Positions 39,632 through 47,482 of a DNA stretch of 64,000 bases are shown piece by piece. The notes beneath the pieces are model-generated. The model was not told where the DNA came from and made no database searches. It worked only from the letters and a program-made list of their open reading frames with translations. Numbering within the stretch: position 1 is the stretch's first letter; each line of letters begins with the position of its first letter. The translations under genes and the position numbers were made by a program. Source of the DNA: Candidatus Bathyarchaeia archaeon (lineage in GTDB: Archaea > Thermoproteota > Bathyarchaeia > 40CM-2-53-6); NCBI GenBank assembly GCA_049517415.1, contig JBEKSC010000007.1, positions 29,887 to 93,886 of the forward strand. The letters run 5' to 3'.

Positions 39632-41182
39632 CTAATCTCGCACACTTGAGCTGAACCTTTTGCGAAGGAACCACGCCGCGATAGCCACCACTAGCAAGGG
39701 TATCAGGACCAGTAGAGTTAGGTATCCAGAAACCGAACTAGGAACCGAACTTGCTGGCGTCACATCGACCTGTACCATACGCGACACTCGGACCGTCCCA
39801 GCGTCTATTCCAATTGCGAGCGTATAATTGCCAGGGTTCACACTGTTTGAGACCTTCACCTCCGCTTGCCCTAGCTTAGACTCTTGGCCAAGCGAAGGGT
39901 ATGGGTTAGGAGAGAAGGTCACTCCAACTTCGCTGGGCATGTATGATGACCAAGAATAAGTAAAGGTCCCATTACCGGCAATTCCTGAAGTAACCTTTGT
40001 TGAGATAGCGAGGTTAGCCTCTTCCCCGGCGGCCAAGCTCAAATTAAATTCGGAAACGGCAAGAGAGAAAGGCACCATTGGACCTGCGTGCAAGACTCCA
40101 ATGTTGTTCGCGCTCCACTCAGTGAACCATATGTCGCCATCGGGGGCTTGCGCAATCCAAAGAGCAGTACTGATGGGCCCAGTTGGAATCGGAAATTCGA
40201 CCATCGTGCGTGTGCTCGGGTCAAAGTATCCAATCCGATTTCCCCAATGCTCGGCGAACCATACTTTTCTTTGCCCGTCGATTAGCAACCCATTTGGTAT
40301 CGCTATCCCATACGAATACCCTGTAGGAGCCGTCGTCGGGTAGCGCTTCAATGCCTTCGAAACAGGATTGAATTCGGCTATCCAGTTGCCGCCATGGTCC
40401 GCGAACCAAACGTTCCCATCTTGTCCTATGGCGATTCCAACGGGTGATGAGATAAAACGCGATGGATCATTTGTTGAGAGGTGATATTCGACGAAACTCT
40501 CCGTCACAGGCTCGAACTCCGCCACAGATTCATTATACGCCTCCGTGAACCACAGGTTTCCTCGATTGTCGAAGGTTAGGTCAGCGGGGCCTGCTAAGTA
40601 TGAGGGCACAGCATATTCTTGAAGCCGATTTGAAAGTGGATCGTAAACTCCTATCTTGTTACCAAGCAACTCTGTAAACCATACTCGACCTGCTTCATCC
40701 GTGACGAGCCTGAAGGGGAAGGATCCACTGGCGGCAATGTCTACAATTGTGAAATTCCCGGTTCTTGGATTGAAGCGTAGTAGTCGCCCATGGCCTCCAC
40801 CGACAATCGCCCCACCTGGGTTCACGGACCCCTTGCCAGCGTACTGTGTCAACCAAACGTAACCATCATGATCAACGGTTATGCCCCACATGTCACCCAC
40901 TCCCGGTACTGGATATTCTTTGAAAGTGTCGGTTGCCGGGTCGAACCTTCCCAGTTTGGATGCGTTTGATTCTGTGAACCAGACGATCCCGTTTTTGTCG
41001 GCCGTTATGGCGAGCGGTGCAGAGTCAGGCGTCGGAACCGCATATTCGTCAATGTATTTTGGTAGCCCGCTAGATGCCATCGCTGGTGTTGTGGAAGACA
41101 GAACAATAGTTAGGAGGAGTACGAGGATAATTATACTGGTGGCCTGATGAAAAGCGCATCTTTTGATCCTGTCGTTTCGCAT
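39632..41182 (-). CDS. Membrane-anchored Vgb-like beta-propeller protein
   Basis: Repeated G.VWFTE...N.IG.FDP blades; signal peptide; C-terminal TM. Confidence 0.85.
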   Translation of the reverse strand: MRNDRIKRCAFHQATSIIILVLLLTIVLSSTTPAMASSGLPKYIDEYAVPTPDSAPLAITADKNGIVWFTESNASKLGRFDPATDTFKEYPVPGVGDMWGITVDHDGYVWLTQYAGKGSVNPGGAIVGGGHGRLLRFNPRTGNFTIVDIAASGSFPFRLVTDEAGRVWFTELLGNKIGVYDPLSNRLQEYAVPSYLAGPADLTFDNRGNLWFTEAYNESVAEFEPVTESFVEYHLSTNDPSRFISSPVGIAIGQDGNVWFADHGGNWIAEFNPVSKALKRYPTTAPTGYSYGIAIPNGLLIDGQRKVWFAEHWGNRIGYFDPSTRTMVEFPIPTGPISTALWIAQAPDGDIWFTEWSANNIGVLHAGPMVPFSLAVSEFNLSLAAGEEANLAISTKVTSGIAGNGTFTYSWSSYMPSEVGVTFSPNPYPSLGQESKLGQAEVKVSNSVNPGNYTLAIGIDAGTVRVSRMVQVDVTPASSVPSSVSGYLTLLVLIPLLVVAIAAWFLRKRFSSSVRD

Positions 41183-41245
41183 TCAAAGCGCGCCACGACC
41201 ACAGTCTCCGATGACTAAACAAAGCTTACTCTCGAAGACGCCTGG

Positions 41246-41392
41246 TTAGTAGTGCAGCCCACAATTTGCGCAGTAGAACCGGTTATAGTAAGGAATCTCC
41301 GTTAACTCACAACCGCACTCTTCGCACACATAAACGTAAGAGCCAGTGTCTGTCACAAATTCAACTTCAACCGGTTCTTCGACTTCAACCAT
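41246..41392 (-). CDS. Small zinc-ribbon protein
   Basis: CEECG..YCANCG; 48 aa from ATG 41392. Confidence 0.7.
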   Translation of the reverse strand: MVEVEEPVEVEFVTDTGSYVYVCEECGCELTEIPYYNRFYCANCGLHY

Positions 41393-41618
41393 CAATGGAG
41401 AACACACCAACCGTATGCCTTGAGTTCTATGCTCAAAAGCCTTTCGAGGAATAGACCAAATCCCGCTTATTCCCAGGTGTAACCCCATCTCTGTTGGGGG
41501 CCGTTTTATGATAGCTTCTTTCAGAATATGGCATGCAATAAAACTTTGAATCTGGAACCTAGAAATCTTCTTTACTCAAGCTATGCGCAATAGCGGCTCG
41601 TGCTAGCTTAGCTTTCTT

Positions 41619-41720
41619 GGGGGCGTAGTCTAGCATGGTTATGATACGCGGCTTGGGCCCGCGTGAGTTGCCTAAACCGCAACCGCGAAGCCCTGGGTTC
41701 AAATCCCAGCGCCCCCACCA
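41619..41720 (+). tRNA. tRNA-Pro(TGG) with 24-nt variable-loop intron (41666-41689, position 45/46)
   Basis: Cloverleaf is restored after removing the intron; CGCG/CGCG central helix with TGA and AAG bulges; CCA encoded. Confidence 0.92.
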
Positions 41721-42043
41721 CTCTACCCATCCTCAGTTACTTCTTGTCGACTCAGATGTGCTTCCTTTCGGGCTTCCGCCGCAACCGCTCGTCCCGTTCG
41801 CGTTTCTAATCAAGGCGCTGGAGGCGATTTTCGTTCTCGCGTTAGTGTATTCCCTAAGAACTCGCACCACCGTTCGTGCATGAAGCAGCGCGCACGCTTG
41901 GAGGGACCCCCAGGGGGGTGGTGCATCTTTTGGGGTCAAGGGGGGTTGATTTTGCGGTTTCCCTGGGATGTGAGTAATACGGGGCTGAGGAGCTTGGAAT
42001 TCATGAAAAGAAGCTTTCCGCCCGTTTCGCCACTGTAAGTGGG

Positions 42044-42229
42044 TTAGGAAGTTGTAGGAGTGTCTCCCCCGTAGTTTGGGATGCTTTCTCGGTGTGCTTT
42101 GGCGTAATGCCGTTTTAGTTTAGGCTTGGTGCTGAAATGGCGTTCACAGATAATGCAGGCGTAGAGCCCAATGAGTGGTCGACGATTTTTCGGCTCACTC
42201 CCCTGATAGTCTAGGGATGCTTGACCCAT
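42044..42229 (-). CDS. Small C2H2 zinc-finger protein
   Basis: YACIICERHFSTKPKLKRHYAKAH = Y-x-C-x2-C-x3-F-x5-L-x2-H-x4-H. Confidence 0.75.
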   Translation of the reverse strand: MGQASLDYQGSEPKNRRPLIGLYACIICERHFSTKPKLKRHYAKAHRESIPNYGGDTPTTS

Positions 42230-42250
42230 CGTTTGTCCACAACGAAATTG

Positions 42251-42267
42251 GACTACGCGTTATAGTT
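42251..42267 (-). promoter_or_regulatory. Putative BlaI-type operator (AACTATAACGCGTAGTC)
   Basis: Matches the copies at 42396 and 46902; directly upstream of the C2H2 gene. Confidence 0.6.
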
Positions 42268-42395
42268 ATCTTATAACTAAGATGGATGAATCATCCATCA
42301 TACAATGGTAAGAGGTCGGCACTCTCCTTACTCGATTCTGCCGAGCTGAACGTTCCTCGCGGTTAACAGAGCGTAAGGTGTAAATGTGCAACGTG

Positions 42396-42412
42396 AACTA
42401 TCCCTTGTAGTT
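42396..42412 (+). promoter_or_regulatory. Putative BlaI-type operator (AACTATCCCTTGTAGTT)
   Basis: Abuts the ABC ATPase start. Confidence 0.65.
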
Positions 42413-43145
42413 GATGCCTGTGGCAACACGATCCGCCCCTGCAGTACAAACGGTAGATGTAACGAAGGTCTACCGCGTGGGCCACACTGGATACCCCGCC
42501 CTACGGGGCATCAACATTAAGATCGAAAGGGGCGAATTTGTAGCGATTATGGGACCTTCCGGCAGCGGGAAATCCACACTCCTCAATTTGGTTGGAGCCC
42601 TCGACCGACCCACATCGGGCAGGGTAATCATAGACGGAGTCGACTTGAAGAAGATGGATGAAGACAAACTCTCCCTCCTCCGAAATCGGAAGCTGGGTTT
42701 TGTGTACCAGTCCTTCAACTTGATTCAGAGACTCACCTCGGTTGAGAACGTGGAGATGCCACTAATCTCCAGAGGGATCCCCGAAAGAATTCGAAAGGCT
42801 AGATCACTGAAGATGCTCAGTGCAGTCGGGTTGCATGGTAAGTCGAACAAGCGGCCTGCCGAACTGAGTGGGGGAGAACAGCAACGCGTCGCAATTGCTA
42901 GAGCACTAGTAACAGAACCAGCACTAATTATCGCAGATGAACCTACCGGTAACTTGGACTCGAAGACCACTAGTGAAGTAGTAGACCAGTTCACCCAAGT
43001 GAACAAAGGATTCGGAACCACGATTCTGATCGTCACCCACAACTCGGAAATCGCCACCAGGACTCAACGCGTAATCTCCCTCAAGGACGGGTTGGTAGAG
43101 AAGGAGGAATACATCAAACGTTTGGACTCGTATTCAACGCCGTGA
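42411..43145 (+). CDS. ABC ATPase, MacB/LolD type
   Basis: GPSGSGKST, LSGGEQQR, ADEPTGNLD. Confidence 0.93.
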   Translation: MMPVATRSAPAVQTVDVTKVYRVGHTGYPALRGINIKIERGEFVAIMGPSGSGKSTLLNLVGALDRPTSGRVIIDGVDLKKMDEDKLSLLRNRKLGFVYQSFNLIQRLTSVENVEMPLISRGIPERIRKARSLKMLSAVGLHGKSNKRPAELSGGEQQRVAIARALVTEPALIIADEPTGNLDSKTTSEVVDQFTQVNKGFGTTILIVTHNSEIATRTQRVISLKDGLVEKEEYIKRLDSYSTP

Positions 43146-43219
43146 GCGATATCCAAATATCCCAGGAGTTTATGCACTCGTCAGTGATATCAATCAAATT
43201 TTGCTCGGAGATGTAAGCT

Positions 43220-44476
43220 GTGCAATTAGTAGATATGTTCAAGCTAGCTTACAAGGCACTGATTGATAGAAAGATACGCAGCGTATTGACTATACTCGGG
43301 ATAACCGTAGGTTCAGCCATTATCCTTGCCCTAATAGCGAGTTCAGCGGGCCTTAACGCCGGTATAGCCGCCAACATTCAGAAAGCAGGAGCGAACATTC
43401 TCACAATACGAAATTCGGGAGGATTCTTCTCTTCCGGTTCAACAAACACTTACCAACTGAGCCAACAGGACGTAACCTACCTCAAATCATTACCTAACGT
43501 GGTTGCGGTTTACCCGTACTACAGCTATGGTGCAAGCATCAACAATGGAGGAGAATCGATCCAAGGCACAGTAGTCGGGATAGACATGGTGGCTCTGCCC
43601 CAATTATATCAGGGATTGACCGTTGCTGAAGGCTCCATTCCTTTGTTGGGCGACACGACAGCTGCGATTATAGGATACTTGATAGCCAATCCGGTGTCCG
43701 GAAATACAATCGGACTTCATCAAATGGTTTCCATGTCTGTATCAGGAATCAAAGCAAGTAACGGGGCAAGCAAAGGAGCCGTGTCATACGCTGTTCTCAC
43801 CAGCGGAATTCTAGCTCAGTACGGCACGGCATTATTCGCTAATATTGATGATACCGTCTACATATCGTTCCAGGCAGCCTCAATTCTCTCGAAATCCCCA
43901 TACTTTACAGGTATCTACGTCATAGTCGACAACACGAATGATGTTGCGTCCGTTCAAAGTACAATTACGACTTACTATTCCAATAATGTTCGAGTGATAA
44001 GCCCGGGACAAATCCTGTCAAGTCTCCAATCGATTACGGCCAGTCTGACAGTTTTTTTGGGTAGCATAGGCGCTGTTTCGTTGTTTGTAGCAACTGTTGG
44101 AATAGTCAACACGATGTACGTATCGGTAATGGAGCGCACGAGAGAAATTGGGGTACTGAAAGCCATTGGTTACAGGCCGAAGCAAATAATGGGTATGTTC
44201 CTCGCAGAGGCTGCGCTCACGGGAGTAATTGGAGCCTTCACCGGGCTCGCACTAGGTTATGCACTATCCTTCTTGATGGGGGGTATGCTCGCTGGATCCA
44301 CTTTTACCGGGAGATTTGGAGGGGGGGGAGGGGGAGCAACCATAGTTCCCGTCTTCTCAACTGAACTCATCGTCTTCTCGTTAACATTCCCTGTCTTACT
44401 AGCCACAGTAGCAGGACTCTACCCAGCATGGAGAGCTTCTAGAATGAACCCAGTTGTCGCCCTGAAGTATGAATAA
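43220..44476 (+). CDS. MacB/FtsX-type ABC permease
   Basis: RSVLTILGI.VG, VMERTREIGVLKAIG, YPAWRASRMNPV.AL.YE. Confidence 0.93.
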   Translation: MQLVDMFKLAYKALIDRKIRSVLTILGITVGSAIILALIASSAGLNAGIAANIQKAGANILTIRNSGGFFSSGSTNTYQLSQQDVTYLKSLPNVVAVYPYYSYGASINNGGESIQGTVVGIDMVALPQLYQGLTVAEGSIPLLGDTTAAIIGYLIANPVSGNTIGLHQMVSMSVSGIKASNGASKGAVSYAVLTSGILAQYGTALFANIDDTVYISFQAASILSKSPYFTGIYVIVDNTNDVASVQSTITTYYSNNVRVISPGQILSSLQSITASLTVFLGSIGAVSLFVATVGIVNTMYVSVMERTREIGVLKAIGYRPKQIMGMFLAEAALTGVIGAFTGLALGYALSFLMGGMLAGSTFTGRFGGGGGGATIVPVFSTELIVFSLTFPVLLATVAGLYPAWRASRMNPVVALKYE

Positions 44477-44564
44477 GCTTCGCGCATAAGTTTACCGTTA
44501 CATGCGCACTCAGAACTCAAAGCCTGTTGCTAAGGTTCATTCACTACTATAGAATGGCTGTGCC

Positions 44565-45527
44565 CTAACCGTGGATTGGGACATAAACGAACATATCGAG
44601 ATTTCTTGCATAGATGAATGAAGATTGCCGAAAGCTGAAGGCACTCGTGGAGCCGAAGAATGCGCCCTCCAGGTACCTTAGAATTTCGAAGAGAACACCG
44701 ATTATTCCGGTTGGCCCTCCTCCGCGTCTCTGGTTAGGGTTCACGGTGCTTTTAATCACTTGGATATTGGCAGAGGCTTGGACTACGTAAGGTGAACCGG
44801 GTCTATTGTCGTCTATCGCTGATGCATTCACAAGAACGGAATAGTTCCCAACAGGAATATTGCCTTTGAATACAACCAACATGCTGAACGGTCTAGGAAT
44901 GTTCGGGTCAATTTCTCCGATGAACGTGCTCGATGAGGAACTCGGCACCACAATATTCGACAGTACGGAAACATTAGCATCATAGGCAGCTAAGTTTCCG
45001 GTATTGAGCAAGTTTCCTGAAATCGTTGTGTTGCCACCGGGTGATGTGATTGAAGGTGTCATCTGCACCCCGTACAGGATGAGGTTAATGTAAGCATAAA
45101 CAGAAAAGCTCACAACGTGAACCTCTTGCGTGTAGGATACGTCTCCTAGCGCCTTGTATGTCACAGTTATTGAGCCCTGGTACGTAACTCCAATGTCTGC
45201 GGATGGGGCATATACCTGAAAGTTTATCGTAGCAGACTGGCCAAGCTGCATAGAGTCATAATGCCAATGGTTATCACCAAACATTGTCAAACCCGCAGGA
45301 ATGCTCACTCCAAAATCGACATCGTAGATTGCGGGGTAGCCGTAGTAGTTGTTCGTTACCGTAACGGTGACGTTGTTGTTGAAGCCTGCTGTCATGCTTT
45401 CGCCGGTAACCGTGATAGTCATATGTGGGATAGTTGAGACTTGGGCTTCGACTGACCCGCCCGGAATAGATAATAGATATACCACTAGGATAACAAGAAA
45501 CAATGGCCGAAGTTGAGATGCTTTCAC
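44565..45527 (-). CDS. Exported COG1361/S-layer-like Ig-domain protein
   Basis: Signal peptide; two beta-sandwich modules; N.GN..A..V motif typical of partners of archaeal MacB-type systems. Confidence 0.7.
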   Translation of the reverse strand: MKASQLRPLFLVILVVYLLSIPGGSVEAQVSTIPHMTITVTGESMTAGFNNNVTVTVTNNYYGYPAIYDVDFGVSIPAGLTMFGDNHWHYDSMQLGQSATINFQVYAPSADIGVTYQGSITVTYKALGDVSYTQEVHVVSFSVYAYINLILYGVQMTPSITSPGGNTTISGNLLNTGNLAAYDANVSVLSNIVVPSSSSSTFIGEIDPNIPRPFSMLVVFKGNIPVGNYSVLVNASAIDDNRPGSPYVVQASANIQVIKSTVNPNQRRGGGPTGIIGVLFEILRYLEGAFFGSTSAFSFRQSSFIYARNLDMFVYVPIHG

Positions 45528-46462
45528 TCTTGCTTCATTTCCCGAAGTGTTTTTAATCTGTCTTCTAACGCCGGATGTTTGTCGAACATTCTACTGACTC
45601 CTCTTGGGGCAGTTAGATTGCAAAGGCATGAGGAGCTTGGGATCGCCGTGTCTAGATTATTGGACTCCTTAAGCTGCGACAAGGCGGAGATCAGTGCCTC
45701 CGGTCCGCCCATCAGTTTAGCAGCTGTAATATCTGCCATAAATTCGCGAGCCCTGTAAACAGCGGGTTCAAGAAGGTAGCTTAATGGCCTTGCGAATAAG
45801 GCAACCTTTGCTAAAGTTGCAATGAACCGTACGGTGAAGTCATTGTTCTTCAGGTGCGCAACCTCATGAGCGAGACAAGCTTCTACCTCTTTGGCATCCA
45901 ACGACTCTAGGAGACCCACCGAGAGTGTGATAGTGTATCTTCGATTCGCTCGCACGGTGAAAGCAGAAGGCACGCCAGAATCAACCATACAAACATCTGG
46001 AACTCGGATGTGAGCTGCGCGTGCTAGCCGCGTGATGGAATCTCTTATTTCAACCGGGGGTTCGAGGAAGGTTATCTGCGGAAAAGCTTTCGCAAGGCTC
46101 ATTCGCGACTTACCGAATTCAATGAAAACGGCAGCGCATCCAGCGGCCATCGCTCCAAGGAGAACTTCACCAATGCCTAAGTCAAAGAAGAGGTCAAAGA
46201 TACCCTTTGAGCTGCCGAGCACGTGGTTCGGTTGGCCTCGGAACGCAAAATTAAAAGCCAATGCGACGACAAAAGCACTTTCAATTAGCATTAGGCCGAA
46301 GATTCCGAGTAAGGCAATAGTTCTCTTACTGTGCGACCGTCGCAGAAACAAGGTGAGGGTTATTCCTAATGCCGTTAGGCCTATCGTAGGAAGTGCAAGT
46401 CTAGATGGCCCTACAACCAGCCAGCTTATGAATATGAGGTATCGCGGAAAAAACGGAATCAT
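45524..46462 (-). CDS. BlaR1/M56-M48-like membrane zinc peptidase
   Basis: Three N-terminal TM; LAHEVAHL; REFMAD; coupled to the blaI-like gene. Confidence 0.88.
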   Translation of the reverse strand: MIPFFPRYLIFISWLVVGPSRLALPTIGLTALGITLTLFLRRSHSKRTIALLGIFGLMLIESAFVVALAFNFAFRGQPNHVLGSSKGIFDLFFDLGIGEVLLGAMAAGCAAVFIEFGKSRMSLAKAFPQITFLEPPVEIRDSITRLARAAHIRVPDVCMVDSGVPSAFTVRANRRYTITLSVGLLESLDAKEVEACLAHEVAHLKNNDFTVRFIATLAKVALFARPLSYLLEPAVYRAREFMADITAAKLMGGPEALISALSQLKESNNLDTAIPSSSCLCNLTAPRGVSRMFDKHPALEDRLKTLREMKQE

Positions 46463-46890
46463 TTCATTTCCTTCTTGCGCAACCGATTCAAATATTTCGA
46501 CACAACATGAAGGTCGTTGCCCTCTGAGGCACCCATCTTTTCAGCTAAGTATGCTACGGTCACGTCATTAAAGCTCTGAAGTAACCCCTCCATTACGTCC
46601 TTCACTACTGCTTGCTTGAATTCTTCCTCTGAAATTTTCGCCCTGTACAAATAGTGTGGGCTGCCGTCTCTTGCGAGCTGCCTCAAAACCAACCCTTTTC
46701 CATAAAGGCGATCCAAGATTGTTGCCACCGTTGTCACGGCAACTGGCCGGCTTCTCGCTGTTCTTGATTGAGAGTCTCTAACTGAAAGTGGTCTGCTTGA
46801 TTCCCAGAGCTGCCTGAGCACGACTGACTCGAGATCGCCCAACGCAAACCTAAGATTAGGATGATTAGGGCGGACTGTGCGAAGCTTCAA
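46459..46890 (-). CDS. BlaI/MecI/CopY family repressor
   Basis: LGDLE..V...LW, TTVATILDRL..KGLV.R. Confidence 0.92.
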   Translation of the reverse strand: MKLRTVRPNHPNLRFALGDLESVVLRQLWESSRPLSVRDSQSRTARSRPVAVTTVATILDRLYGKGLVLRQLARDGSPHYLYRAKISEEEFKQAVVKDVMEGLLQSFNDVTVAYLAEKMGASEGNDLHVVSKYLNRLRKKEMK

Positions 46891-46898
46891 CGTATTCT

Positions 46899-46931
46899 CC
46901 TAACTATGCCACGTAGTTAGGCTTATATAAA
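46899..46931 (-). promoter_or_regulatory. TATA box plus palindromic operator of the blaI-like gene
   Basis: CCTAACTA-N7-TAGTTAGG (46899-46921) directly downstream of minus-strand TTTATATAAG (46922-46931). Confidence 0.7.
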
Positions 46932-46973
46932 CACGGTAACCTTTGCCGCCAGCGCTGTTGGAGTTCGGGCAAT

Positions 46974-47390
46974 ATGCCACAGTTACCGATAATTATTCCT
47001 CTCATTATAATTGGGATTTCATTTGGTTCGTTGCTGAAATCGGAGAAACCGAAAATATCATTGAGAAGAGTTATGACATGGTCTTTGGTTGCTGGTCTAC
47101 TCAATGCCGTTAACGCCTATGCCGTTTACCTTTTAACGCCTCAAACGACCTTCAGAGGCGGGACCTTCACCGGCGCGACCTTCACCGGTGCGACCTTCGC
47201 ACGTACGACTGGTGCAACTTCGAACACTGGTTTTACTGCGGCTTCATTCTTGGCGGGATTCATTATTGTTGCGGCGGTTTTCGGCATTGCACGATTCATT
47301 AGTCGAAAGCACCAAGGCGATGCTGAACTTGGTGAAGAGCCAGAATCCGACCTAGATAACGAAGACCTATCGAAACTTAAACCCGGCTAA
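46974..47390 (+). CDS. 3-TM membrane protein with TF(T)G(A) repeats
   Basis: 138 aa; divergent from blaI; acidic C-tail. Confidence 0.7.
   Translation: MPQLPIIIPLIIIGISFGSLLKSEKPKISLRRVMTWSLVAGLLNAVNAYAVYLLTPQTTFRGGTFTGATFTGATFARTTGATSNTGFTAASFLAGFIIVAAVFGIARFISRKHQGDAELGEEPESDLDNEDLSKLKPG
47148..47207 (+). repeat. Four 15-bp tandem units starting ACCTTC
   Basis: Encode TFRGG/TFTGA/TFTGA/TFART. Confidence 0.8.
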
Positions 47391-47482
47391 TTTTCATTCA
47401 ATTTTCCCAATGAGTTCATTATTACTATGTTGCTACGTTGGCTCCCTCAATGTTGCATCGTCGTTCTAGGCGGCGAGCGGCC

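Noticed and set aside
41635..41939. ORFs 41635-41883 and 41733-41939
   Set aside because: Overlap tRNA-Pro or its trailer and have no protein-like features.
44321..44328. G8 tract as a phase-variation switch in the permease
   Set aside because: Explained by a poly-Gly linker; the frame is intact and there is no evidence of variation.
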